Assembly (NCBI RefSeq): GCF_035084215.1
Contig: NW_027139581.1
Location: 5,022,001-5,086,000, forward strand
Source of the DNA: Heptranchias perlo
Lineage: Eukaryota
Reading direction: 5' to 3'
DNA: 64,000 bases
Shown: positions 11,440 through 23,702 of the stretch, in pieces
Layout of the letters: every line of letters begins with the position of its first letter
Numbering within the stretch: the stretch's first letter is position 1
Position numbers and translations under genes: made by a program
Notes under the pieces: model-generated
Databases searched by the model: none
What the model was told of the DNA's origin: nothing
Seen by the model: only the letters and a program-made list of their open reading frames with translations

Positions 11440-14400
11440 GGAACATAGGAACAGAAGGAGGCCATTCAGGCCCTCGAGTCTGTTCCGCCATTCAATTATA
11501 ACGTGGCTAATCTGTGTCTCAACTGCATTTACCCGCTTGGTTCCATATCTCTCAATACCCTTTATTACAGTATCATAATATGGTACAGCACAGAAGGAGG
11601 CCATTCGGCCCAACGTACCTATTCCAGCTCTTTGAAAGTGCTATCCAATTATTCCTATTACCCTGCTCTTTCCCGATAGCTGTCCAATTTTTTCCCTTCA
11701 AGTATTAACCAATTCCCTTTTGAAAGTTACTATTGAATCTGCTTCCACCACCCTTTCAGGCAGAACATTCAGATCATTACATCTCGCTGCGTAAAAAATG
11801 TTTCCTCATGTCGCCTCTGGCTCTTTTGCCAACCACTTTAAATCTGTGTCCTCTGGTTACCAAACCTTCTGACACTGGAAACAGTTTCTCCTTATTTACC
11901 TGATCAAAACCCTTCATGGTTTTGAACACCTCCATAACATCTCCCCTTAACATTCTCTGTTCGAAGGAGAACAATCCCGGCTTCTCCAGTCTCCAAATAA
12001 CTGAAGTCTCTCATCCCTAGTGCCATTCTAGTAAATCTCGTCTGCACCCTCTCTGAGGCCTTGACATCCTTTCTCAAGTGTGGTGCCCAGAATTGAACAC
12101 AATACTCCAACTGAAACCTAACCAATGATTTATAAAGATTTAGCATAAATTATTTGCTTCTGTACTCTGTGCCTCTATTACAAAAGCCCAGGATCACATA
12201 CGGTTTATTAACAACATTCTCAACTTCTCCTGCCACCTTCAAAGATTTCTGTACGTACACTCCAGCTCTCTCTGTTCCTGCACTCCCTTTAAAATTCAAC
12301 CATTTAGTTAATATAGTGTCTCTTCATTCTTCCTCCCAAAGAATGCATCACTTCATACTTCTCTGCGTTAAATTACATCTGCCATGTCTCTGCCAATGTC
12401 ATCAGTTTGTCTATGTCCTCCTGAAGTTAGTTACTATCCTTCACATTATTTACATTTCCGAGTTTCGTGTCATCAGCAAACTTTGTAATTGTACCCAGTA
12501 TACCCAAGTTCATGTCATTAATGTATATCAAAAAGAGCAGAGGTCTTTATGCTGATTCCTGGAGAACACCACTCTATACTTCCCTCCAGTCTGAAAAACT
12601 ACCGTTCAACACTACTCTTTGCTTTCTGTCCCTTAGCGACATAGGAAAGAAATGGGGATGAGTTCCTGCGGTCAGTGTTTCAGGAGCCAGGGAGGAAGTT
12701 GAAAAGCAGGACCGCAAAGGTAGTAATCTCTGGATTACTCCCAGTGCCACCCGCTAGTGAGTGCAGAAATAGGAAGATAAGGCAGGTTAATGCGTGGCTA
12801 CAGACATGGCGCAGGATGGATGGCTTCAGAGTCTTGGGGCAATTGGACCAGTTTTGGGACCGGAGTGCAAGGGTGGTGGAAGCAGATTCAATCGTGGCTT
12901 TTATAAAGGAATTGGACAAATACTTTGCTACTGGGCAAGCGTGGGGAAATGGGACTAACTGGATTGCTCTTATAAAGAGCTGGCAAGGGCACGATGGGCC
13001 GAATGGCTTCCATCTGAGCTGGAACCATTCTATGATTAGCCAATTTTGTATCCACGCTGCCGCTGTCCCTTTAATCCCGGGGGCTTTAATTTCGCTTACA
13101 AGTCTATTATGTGGTACTTTATCAAATGCCTTTTGAAAGTCACAACATCAACCACATTACCCTCATTAACCCTTCCCGTTACTTCATCAAAGAGCTCAAT
13201 CAAGTTATCAAACACGATTTTCCTTTAACAAATCCCTGCTGACTTTCATTTACGAGCCGACAATTTTCCAAGTGCCAATTAATTTTGTCCCGGATTATTC
13301 TCTCTGAAAGTTTCCCCACCACCGACATGAGGCTGACTGGTCTGTAACTGCCGGGTTTACCTTTTTGAACAGGGGTGTAACATTTGCAATCCTCCAGTCT
13401 TCCGGCACCATCCCCATATCTGAGGAGGATTGGAAATTGTGGTGACAGCCTCCGTAATTTCCACCCTTACTTCCCTCAGTGACCGAGGTTGCATCCCATC
13501 TGGACCGGGTGACTTTTCTACTTTGAGTACTGGCAATCTTTTAAGTACCTCGTCTATCTATTTTTATCCTATCCCATATCGCTACTGACTCCTCTTTTAC
13601 TGTTACAGTGGCAGCATCCTTTTCTCTAGTGAAGGCCAATGCGGTGCATTCATTTAGTACCTCAGCCATGCCCTTTTCCTCCACAAGAAGATCTCTTTTT
13701 TTGTCCCTAATCGGTCCCACCCTTCCTTTCACTGCCCTTTTACAATTTACATCTTGATAAAAGACTTTTGGGTTCCCTTTTATGCTGGCCGCTAATCCAT
13801 TCTCATATTCTCTTTGCCGCTCTTATTTCCTTTTTAAATCTCCTCTGTACTTTCTGTATTCAACTTAGTCCTAAACTGTATTATGTGCCTTACATTTGTC
13901 ATAAGCCTCCTTTTTCTGTTTCATTGTAATCTCTATATCTTTAGTCATCAAATGAGCTCGAGCTTTGGATGCCCTTCCTTTCCCCCTCGTGGGACTGGAT
14001 GTGAACCATTTCCTCCTTGAAGGCCTCCCATTGTTCAATTACTATTTTGCAAACCAATCTTTGATTCCGATCTACCAGGACTAAGATCCCTTTGTAACTC
14101 ACTGAAATTAGCCCTCCTCCAGTTAAATATTTTCACATTAGATTGTTCCTTGTCCTTTTCCACGACTATTCTAAACCTCATGATATTATGATCACTGTTC
14201 CCCAAATGCTCCCCCACTGAATCATGCTTCACTTGCCCCACTTCATTCCAAGAACTAGATCCAGCATTGCTTCCTTCCCCGCTGGGTTGGAAACACATTG
14301 TTCAACAAAGTTCTCTTGTACACATTTCAGGAATTCCTTCCCCTCTTTGCCCGATACATTGTTACTGTCCCAACCTATATTGGGATAATGGAAGTCCCCC

Positions 14401-17110
14401 CATTATCACTAATCTATCGTTCTTGCATCTTTCCGTAATTTGCCTGCAAATTTGTTCCTGTATCTCTTTCCCATTATCTGGTGGCCTGTCGTACACAGCC
14501 AGTAGTGTAATAGCTCCTCCATTGTTCTTTAAGTTTAACCAAATGGATTTTGTCTTTGACGCCCCCCCCCCCTCACCTTCATCATCACTTTCCAGTGCTA
14601 TAATAGTTTAATTGATCAATACTGCCACTCCTCCTTTCATCCTTCACTATCTTTCCTGAATACCGTGTGGACAGGAATAATAAGTACCCATTCCCCCCAA
14701 TCTTTGAACCATGTCTCTGCTATTGCCTCTGTATCAAAGTCCCATGTGGCGACTTGAGCCTGCAGCTCACCAACCTTATTTACCACGCTACGTGCATTTA
14801 CACACATGTACTCCAAGCTCATCTTAGACTGCCTAAATTTCCCCCTGTATGATCCCTTCTATTTCTGAAGTACTCTTTGCTCAAGTGCTATTTCTCCCTC
14901 CCAGTCCTCTGTGCACCTTGCTTCTTCTCTATAATGTTTCATCCTGGTGCCCACCCTATTGCCAAATTTGTTTAAACCCTCCCCCATAGCAGTAGTTAAC
15001 TTCCCAGCTCTGTTGAGGTGCAACCCGTCCATCTTGAACAGATCCCTCCTGCCCCGCAACTGGTCCGAATGTCCCAGGTATCGGAAACTCACCTGCTGCT
15101 ACATTTTTCCAGGCGTTAGCCTGTCTTATTCGGCTATTCCTGTTCCCGCTTTTCCCCCATATCACTTGATCCCCTTAACATTAACAAATATATCTATCTC
15201 CTTCTTGAATACATCTAATGACTTGGCCTCCACTGCCTTCTGTGGTAGAGAATTCCACAGGTTCACCACCCTCTGAGTGAAGAAATTTCTCCTCATCTCG
15301 GTTCTAAATGGCATATCCCGTATCCTGATACTGGGACACCTGGTTCTGGACTCCCCAGCCAGCGTGAACATCCTCCCTGCATCTAGCCTGTCTAGTCCTG
15401 TTAGAATTTTATATGTTTCGATGAGATCACCTCTCATTCTTCTAAACTCTCGTGAATATAGGTCTAGTCGTCCCAATCCCTCCTCATACGTCAGTCCTGC
15501 CATCCCAGGAATCAGTCTGGTAAGCCTTCGTTGCACTCCCTCCATGGCAATGACATCCTTCCTCAAATAAGGAGACCAAAACTTCAGACAGTGCTCCAGA
15601 TTTGGTCTCAGCAAGGCTCTGTATAACTGCAGTAAGACATCCCTGCTCCAGTACTCAAATCCTCTTGCAATGAAGGCCAACATACCATTCGCCTTCCTAA
15701 CTGCTTGTTGCTTTCAGCGACTGGTGTACAAGGACTCCCAGGTCTCGTTGCACCTCCCCTTTTCCCAAACTGTCACCATTCAGATAATAATCTGCCTTTC
15801 TGTTTTTACAACCAAAGTGGATAACCTCACATTTCTCCACGTTATACTGCATCCGCCATGTTCTTGCCCACTCACCCAACTTGTCTAAATCACTCTTTGC
15901 ATCCTCCTTACAGCTCTCATTCCACCCCAGCTTTGTATCGTCTGCAAACTTGGAAATGTTACATTTAGTTCCCTCATCCAAATCATTGATATATATTGTG
16001 AATAGCTGGGGCCCAAGCACTGTTCCCTGCGATACCTCACTAGTCACTGCCTGGCACCCGGAAAAAGACACCTTAATTCCTCCTCTCTGTTTCCTGTCTG
16101 TCAAACAATTCTCAATCCATGCCAATATATTCCCCCCAATCCCATGTGCTTTAATTTTGCACACTAACCTCTTGTGTGGGACCCTATCAAAAGCCTTCTG
16201 AAATTCCAAATACACCACATCTACTGGTTCTCCCTTATCTATTCTGCTCGTTACATCCTCAAAAAACTCCAGTAGATTTGTTAAGCATGATTTCCCTTTC
16301 ATAAACCCATGCTGACTTTGTCCAATCCCGTTAATGACTTCCAAGTGTTCTGTTATCACATCTTTCATAAAGACGATAGCATTTTCCCCACTATTGATGT
16401 TGGGCTAACTGGTCTGTAATTACCTGTTTTCTCTCTCCCTCCTGTTTGAAATAGTGGGGTTACATTTGCCACACTCCAGCTGTAGGAACTGTTCCAGAGT
16501 CCATAGAATTTTGGAAGATGATCACCAATGCATCCACTATTTCCAGGGCCACTTCCTTTAGTACTCTGGGATGTAGATTATCAGGCCCTGGGGATTTGTC
16601 AGCCTTTAGCCCAAATGATTTCGGAAGCACAATTTTTTTTTTAACAATAATTCCCCCAGAGTCCAAAAATCTGTCTATCTCACCCTTGAATATATTCAAC
16701 GACTCAGCATCCACATCCCTATGGGGTAGAGAATTCCACAGATTCACAACCCTCTGAGTGAAGAAATTCCTCCTCACCTCAGTCTTAAATGGTCGACCCC
16801 TTATCCTGAGACTAAGCCACTTAGTTCCAGCCAGAGGAAACAACCTCTCAGCATCTACCCTGTCAAGCCCCCTCAGAATCTTGTATGTTTCAATGAGATC
16901 ACCTCTCATTCTTCTAAACTCCAGAGAGTATAAGGCCATTATACTCAATCTCTCCTCATCGGACAACCCTCTCATCCCAGGAATCAATCGAGTGAACCTT
17001 CTTTGCACTGCATCTAAGGCAAGTGTATCCTTCCTCAGATAAGGAGACCGAAACTGCACGCAATGCTCCAGGTGAGGTCTCAACAAAGCCCTGTACAATT
17101 TCAGTAAGAC
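11440..17110 (-). mobile_element. Stack of nested and tandem CR1 LINE copies filling the Cmu3-Cmu4 intron (mostly minus; short plus-strand ORF1 esterase piece at ~12640-13030)
   Basis: Endonuclease start NARSVVNK..IAETW (14637-14822), RT motifs (15697-16368, 15162-15683, 16460-17098, 11904-12146), ORF1 SGNH-like VVISGLLPVP and DGLHLNR. Confidence 0.88.
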
Positions 17111-17569
17111 TATTGAACCCCCTATAACAACTGCATGTCTTTCGCTCGCTGTTCAGCCGAGTCTCCCGTGGTGCAGTGGATTTGCTCCGGATTGCACGTA
17201 ATCCAGCAACAAACTATTAATCTCAGTTTTGAAATTTCCAATTGACCTCCAGCCTCACCAGCTTTTTGGGAGAGAGAGTTCCAGATTCCCACTGCCGTTT
17301 GTGTGAAGAAATGTTCCCTCGCATCACCCCTGAACGACCTAGCTCTAATATTAAGGTTATGGCCCCTTGTTCTGGACTCCCTCAGTTTCTCCGGTGTCAG
17401 CCAGCGAATTTACAGGATTATTGAGTTCAATTTCGCTACTTGCCGTGGTGGGGGTAAAAGAGTTTCCTCCAATCAAGGCTCTGCAGAGGGGATCGAGTGA
17501 TTGAGAAAAGCGTTTCGTTTGGAATAAAAGAGTTTCCTTTCCATTTTGTCCAATTACCAACTTTATTGT

Positions 17570-17962
17570 TTATTCATTCCCGGGATGTGGGCGCCTCTCG
17601 TGAGGTCGGCTTTTATTGCCCATCCATAGTTGTCCTTGAGAAAGTGATGGTGAGCTTTCTGCTTGGCCCGCTACAGTCCGTAAAGTGAAGGTACTCCCAC
17701 AGTGCTGTTAGGAGGGAGTTCCAGAAATTTGAATGGGACAATGAAGGAATGGCGATACATGCCCAAATCGGGATGAGTTGTGATTTTAAGGTGAACTTGG
17801 AGGTGATGGTGTTCCCATGCACCTGTTGGTAGGGGCCGCGGATTTGGGAGGTGCTGCCAAAGAAGCCTGCACGAGTTGCTGCAGTGTATCCTGTAGATGG
17901 TACACACTGCAACCACAGTGCGCCGGTGGTGGAGGGAATGGATGTTTAAGGTGGTGGATGGA
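17570..17962 (-). mobile_element. LINE (CR1/L2-clade) 3' fragment, same family as 43775-44735
   Basis: VAVCTIYRIHCSNS..PNPRPLP; 3' end GATGGGCAATAAAAGCCG..GCCCACATCCC. Confidence 0.8.
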
Positions 17963-18073
17963 CTAAACTATGTCATGGGGATAGACTATGCATATATTTA
18001 ATGAATAGAAGTCATGTACACGCACTGAGAAGATTCACAATGTGGCACTTGTTGCTGCAACCTCACTGCTCAC

Positions 18074-18382
18074 CTCGTTCCTTGTGTATGGACGCTCTTT
18101 TAGGAGTTGGAAGATCCTGATGGCTCACCACGCAATAGAACGTATCCCCACTCAGCCACGCTTGTGTCGAGATGTCTACTTTGCTGATCAGGCTGTCGGA
18201 GCCCTCGCCAGGTTGGACGGCAATCTCTGATTTTAAAGGCTGCTGTTCTCTGGTCCAGGACACGTTGACCCCATTCGGAGCATCAGACACGACACAGGTC
18301 AAAGTCACCGTCGCCTCCAGTAAAACCTGTTCTTGTGATGGTGGCAGAATAGTGACTTCTGGTTCACCGGGTGGAGGACAAT
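18074..18382 (-). CDS. IGHM: IgM Cmu3 exon ([54 protein letters not shown])
   Basis: [38 protein letters not shown] typical of shark Cmu3; CACAG acceptor, G|GTGAGC donor; 309 nt, phase 1/1. Confidence 0.97.
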
Positions 18383-18802
18383 CTGTGAGAGGAAAATAAA
18401 TGTGAACCGATCTATTCTCTGGAGAATTGTGATGCGAACGTTCAGCCTTTATTTGATTAAAGACAAGGGAAGTCATTTTTACTTTGGGCGATATGGACTC
18501 AGCCTTTCATTATACAGTGCGCCTGATTTTCCGGGCCACTAATCAGGAATGTGAACATTAGTGATTCCCCCATTCCCTGGAACAGTTGTGTTGAAGCACA
18601 GCTCTGATGCTCTACTTGCCGGATGTCGGCTCACTGAGAACTAAACTGGGACCAGGATCGCAGACTGATCCGATGACATGGCCGCAGAGGAATCCCTTCT
18701 GGGGCGGGGCTCTGGAACGTCTGCAGTGCCCACTGAACTGTAACAGAGGCAGAGAGAGTCAGGCCGTCCAGGAGAAGGAAGCAAGTAACCAGATACTCGA
18801 TA

Positions 18803-19235
18803 AAGAAAGAAAGAACTTGCATTTATCCAGCGCTTTTCATCACCTCAGGACGTCCCAGAGCGCTTTACAGACAAAAAACTACTTTTGACGTGTGGTCACT
18901 GTTGAAATGTTGGAAACTGAGCTATCAATTTGCTCACAGCAAGCTCCCACCAACAGCAATGTGATAATGACCGGGTAATCTCTTTTAGTGATGTTGGTTG
19001 AGGGATAAATATTGGCCAGGACACAGGGGAAAACTCCATTGCTTGTCTTCTAAATATTGCTGTGTGATCTTTAAGGTCCACCTGAGAGGGCAGATCGGGG
19101 CCTCGGTTTAACGTCTCAACAAGATGGCCCCTCCCATAGTGCAGCGCTCCATCAGTCCTGACTGGGAGTGTCAGCCTCGATTTTGTGCTCAAGTCTCAGG
19201 AGTGGGATTGAACCCACGACCTTCTCACTCAGAGA
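18803..19235 (-). mobile_element. DeuSINE (SacSINE1-like) tRNA-derived SINE
   Basis: B-box GGGTTCAATCCC head, Deu core (TAAACCGAGGCCCC..CTCTCAGGTGGAC..CCTGGCCAATATTTATCCCTCAACC), L2-like tail. Confidence 0.85.
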
Positions 19236-19395
19236 CGATCAATAACATCAATGATATGTTCCTAATAATTGGTGAAAGAAGTTATCAGTCCCCCCACACA
19301 CACCCTCACCCCCACCCCACGGAACACTGACTGTAAATTTCGGTAGAATTTGGCACTTAGATGCATCTGGCCTCAGCTCCCGGTTTGCCTCTTAC

Positions 19396-19713
19396 CAGGA
19401 GAACTGGTGATATTTTTGCTCTGGATGCTCTTGCTCGCTTTGTGAGTGACGGAGCAGGTGTATACCGCACCGTTGAACCATTCCCTGGAGGTGATTTCCA
19501 GCCGACTACTGACGCTGAAGTTGCCGTTCTCTTCACAGGGAGGAGAGGTGACGAACCCGGACTTCACGGGCAATCCGCCCTTCAGCCACTGCACGTCGAT
19601 GGGTTTTGGTCGGAATTCGGATATTAAACACACGGCCGTTACATGTTTGCTGGATAAGATTTCCTGAGGTGAACTTTGCGTCAGGATAACAGTTGGAGGG
19701 ACCGCAGGCAATC
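19396..19713 (-). CDS. IGHM: IgM Cmu2 exon (GLPAVPPTVILTQSSPQEI..VYTCSVTHKASKSIQSKNITSSP)
   Basis: PTVILTQSS..C..W LK..SGFVTSPPC..NGNFS.SSRL..EWF..VYTC shark Cmu2 motifs; AATAG acceptor, G|GTAAGA donor; 318 nt. Confidence 0.97.
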
Positions 19714-19828
19714 CTATTGTGGGAATTCAAGGAAAAAAGGTGATTTCACCATTTAAAAATTAAATAATTCTGTATTGGAAAATTCTGTTATCTTTTCACA
19801 TCTTGGTCGCCATCGAGCTCACACCAAC

Positions 19829-20137
19829 CTCGAAAGTGCAGCTTCACTGTCTCCCAGGCAGATCCGCTGTGCCGAACCACGCAGTAAACTTTGCTGCTCT
19901 CCATCTCTGACTCGGGGATCGTTAACTGGCTGCTCAGGGTGTAGGTTCCCTTCTTGTTGAACACTGACGGGTAGGTCATGAATCCACTAGTGATGCGTTG
20001 GTCATTTTTGGTCCAGGAAAGGATGGCTTTTTCGGGGGAATAGTTCATCGCCAAGCACCCGACCGTCACCAAACCTTCAGTATTGGGTTCTCCACAGGAC
20101 GATAGCAGGGCGAAGAGTGTCGGAGTAGACGGTTCAG
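19829..20137 (-). CDS. IGHM: IgM Cmu1 exon (AEPSTPTLFALLSSCGEP..GCLAMNYSP..YCVVRHSGSAWETVKLHFR)
   Basis: SSC (light-chain Cys), GCLAM.YSP, TYPSV.NKKGTYTLSSQLTI.ESE are diagnostic of shark Cmu1; TTTCACAG acceptor, GAG|GTTGGT donor; 309 nt. Confidence 0.96.
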
Positions 20138-20639
20138 CTGTGAAAGAGGAACAAATTGAACACAAAAGTGAAACTCCGCGATCACATTTACATGAAACGC
20201 CCTCATGTTTTGAATATCCGCCAGAATCTGCACCAATTGCATCATTTGAGGATCACAAACAACAGTGAAAAGTGAGCCTCTGCTAATTGTGAGGCCTGAC
20301 TTGAAATGGGCTCACCGAACCCCAGTCTGGTGCATCCGAAAGTCCGGAGACAGGAAAGTCCATTCGGCCCATCAAGCTCCATCCACCCAGACTCAGTACA
20401 AGGAAATTGTATCATTGACTTCGCCGAACTCCTTGTCGCCACTCCAATGACGAGGACATATTCTACCCCCTCCCTGTTCTCAAATAAAGTTCAGGCAAAA
20501 ATATTAATATCACAGGTCTGGAAATTCCCCCAGGCTACTCCCTGTAAACGGAGTTTCCACTCCACTTCCCACAAAGTCTCGCAGGCGGAGCGGGAGCAGC
20601 TCTGACGAATTTCTCGGCATATAAGTCTGAATATCCATC

Positions 20640-21050
20640 GAGGCCAAGAGGGGGCTGGATAAAAAATCAGGCGTATACGTTTAGAGGAACTGTGAGCAGC
20701 AGGGATGGAAAGTTGGTTGATGGACAGGAAACACAGAGAAACGGTTAACGTGTCCTTCAGATTGGAGAACGGCTGGAAAGTGAAGTCCTCCTGGTGTCAG
20801 TATTCGGGGCACTTCTGTTTACATACATTCCATGGTTTACACTTGGCGACAGGGAATAAAATCTCGAAAGTTGCTAACGACAAAAAAGTACATGATTTGG
20901 CAAGCAGCGAGGAGGAATGTAAAAGTCTTCATGAAGACAGAGGCAGGATAGGAGAATGGGCGGGCATGTGGCAGATATAATTTAATTAGTGTGCAGAATG
21001 TGGGACTGTATACTCAGGGATATGAAACTAAGTGTTCGGATGTGCAAACA
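20640..21050 (+). mobile_element. Old degenerate CR1 RT fragment
   Basis: ESWL.DRK.R..VN..ISKVANDKK..EWAGMWQ remnant. Confidence 0.6.
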
Positions 21051-21104
21051 GATCTAAAGTGTGAATATATAATTCTAAAAATGCGATTGTACGCCAAAAA
21101 CATC

Positions 21105-22720
21105 TTGCAATTATATAGCCCCTTCAATGTCATAAAATGTCACTGAGGCACAGAAGGAGATATTGGGACAGCTGAACAAATGCTTGGTCAAAGAGGTAGG
21201 TTTAAAGGAGATTCTTCAAGGAGAGGGAGAGGTAGAGAGGCGGCGAGGTTTAGGGAGGGGATTACAGAGTTTAGGGCCAAGACAGCTGATGGCACGGCCA
21301 CCAATGGTGGAGCGATTAAAATCGAGGATACGCAAGAGGCCAGAATTGGTGGCCTCGGAGGGTTGTACGGCTGGAGGAGGTTACAGAGATAGGGAGGGGT
21401 GAGGCCATGGAGGGATTTGAAAACAAGGATGTGAACTTTAAAATCGAGGCGTTCCCGGACCGACAGCCAATGGAGGTCAGCGAGTACAGGTGTGATGGGT
21501 GAACGGGACTTTGTGCGAGTTAGGATACGGGGCAGCAGAGTTTTCGATCAGCCCAGGTTTATGGAGGGCGGGAGATGGGAGGCCAGGAGAGCATTGGAAT
21601 AGTCAAATCTAGAGGCAATAAAGGCATGGATGAGGGTTTCAGCAGCAGAAGAGCTGAGGCAGGGGTGGAGATGGGTGATGTTACGGAGGTGGAATTAGGC
21701 GGTCTTGGCGATGGAGCAGATATGTGGTCCGAATCTCATCTCAGGGTCAAATAGGACGCCGAGTTTGCGAACGGTCTGGTTCAGCCTCAGAGAATGGCCA
21801 GGGAGAGGGATGGAGACAGTGGCTAGGGAACGGGTTTAGTGGCGGGGACCAAAGACAACGACTTCTGTCCTCCCAACATTTAGTTGGAGGAAATTTTTGC
21901 TTATCCAGCACTGGATGTCGGACAAGCAGTGTGACAAATCAGAGAGAGTGGAGGGGTTGAGGGAGGTGGTGGTGAGGTAGAGCTGGGTGTCGGCAGCTTC
22001 CATGTGGAATCTGACTTTGTATTTTCAGATGATGTCGCCGCGGGGCAGCATGTCGATGAGAAATAGGAAGGGTCAAGGATAGATCCTTGGGGGACTCCAG
22101 AGATAACGGAGCGGGAAGAGAAGTCATTGCGGATGGTTCTCTGGCTACGACTGGGTAGCTGAGAATTGAACCAGGCGAGCGCAGTCCTACCCAGTTGGAT
22201 GACGGAGGAGAGGCTTTGGAAGAGGATGATGTGGTGAACCGTGTCAAAGGCTGCAGACAGGTCGGAAAAGATGAGGAGGGAAAGTTTACTCCGGTCACAG
22301 TCACATAGGATGTCATTTGTAACTTTGTCAAGGGTCATTTCAGTACTGTGGCAGGGGCGGAAACCTGATTGGAGGGGTCCATAATGGAGTTATGGGAAAG
22401 ATGGTGACAGGGGTTAGGGAGACGACAACACATTCAAGGACTTTGGAGAGGAAAGCGGGGTTAGAGATGGGGCGGTAGTTTGCAAGGACAGAAGGGTCAT
22501 GAGTGGGTTTTTTTAGTTGGGGGGGGGGTGATGAGGGCAGATTTGAAGGGGAGGGGGACAATACCTGAGGAGATGGAACCGTTAACAATATCAGCAAACA
22601 TGTATCGTTCACAATATAAGCTAACATTGGGGCCAGGAAGGGAAGTTTGGTGGTCAGCAGTTTGGTGGGAATAGGGTTGAGGGAGCAGGAGGTGGTTCTC
22701 ATGGACAGGATGAGAAGTGA
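21105..22720 (-). mobile_element. L2 LINE fragment (RT plus 3' end) in the J-Cmu intron
   Basis: LANYRPISN.FLSKVLE, DLSAAFDTV.H..L and SGVPQGSIL motifs. Confidence 0.85.
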
Positions 22721-23122
22721 GATATTTAAATTCTTCTTTGGCAGTAGCGCAAAATCGACGATAACGAATTGCACCTCATTTTGCAATCCACCCAAATTTC
22801 TTTTCCATTTAAGTGAAGAGGAATTTGTTCAGTGTGGGTATGATTTCGGGGCATGAATCCGACTTGGGCAGTGGACAAAGGGGCGGTATCGAATCGGCCG
22901 CCTGTTTCTCGCCCCTCCTTATATTCACTCCCATTGAAGTATAACGGGAGGCTGGTGCAATACTGCCAGTTGTGAGCTACCGCCCATTGAGTATCAATTC
23001 ATCCTTGTCTGTGGTGCAAAATGGGCGACAGCCAATCGGTGCCCCGTTTTGCACTGCCTTAAATCGAAAAGATGCTCGGGCAGGGGGAAACGAGCTGCCG
23101 ATTGGCTGTCGTTGACATTGCT

Positions 23123-23702
23123 TTTCTCTCTCAGGGTCGAAAGAACGGTGTATAGAGAAATAATGTCACCTCTTAATGTGAACCCTTTCTCTCTCATGGT
23201 CAAAAGAACGGTGTATGGAGAAATAATGTCACCTCTTAATGTGAACCCTTTCTCTCTCATGGTCCAAAGAACTGTGTGTAGAGAAATAATGTCACCTCTT
23301 AATGTGAACCCTTTCTCTCTCATGCTCTAAAGAACGGTGTATAGAGAAATAATGTCACCTCTTAATGTGAACCCTTTCTCTCTCATGGTCTAAAGAACGG
23401 TGCACAGAGAAATAATGTCACCTCTTAATGTGAACCCTTTCTCTCTCATGGTCTAAAGAACGGTGTACAGAGAAATAATGTCACCTCTTAATGTGACCCC
23501 TTTCTCTCTCATGGTCTAAAGAACTGTGTGTAGAGAAATAATGTCACCTCTTAATGTGAACCATTTCTCTCTCATGGTCTAATGAACGGTGTATAGAGAA
23601 ATAATGTCACCTCTTAATGTGAACCATTTCTCTCTCATGGTCTAATGAACGGTGTATAGAGAAATAATGTCACCTCTTAATGTGAACCCTTTCTCTCTCA
23701 TG
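23123..23702. repeat. 63-bp minisatellite, ~9 copies, in the J-Cmu intron
   Basis: Unit TTTCTCTCTCATGGTCTAAAGAACGGTGTATAGAGAAATAATGTCACCTCTTAATGTGAACCC; period 63 (AAGAAC at 23141, 23204, 23267...). Confidence 0.97.

Noticed and set aside
23123-23702. CRISPR-like array
   Set aside because: Units are contiguous with no unique spacers, the context is vertebrate, and there are no cas genes. The same applies to the 40-bp and 24-bp arrays.
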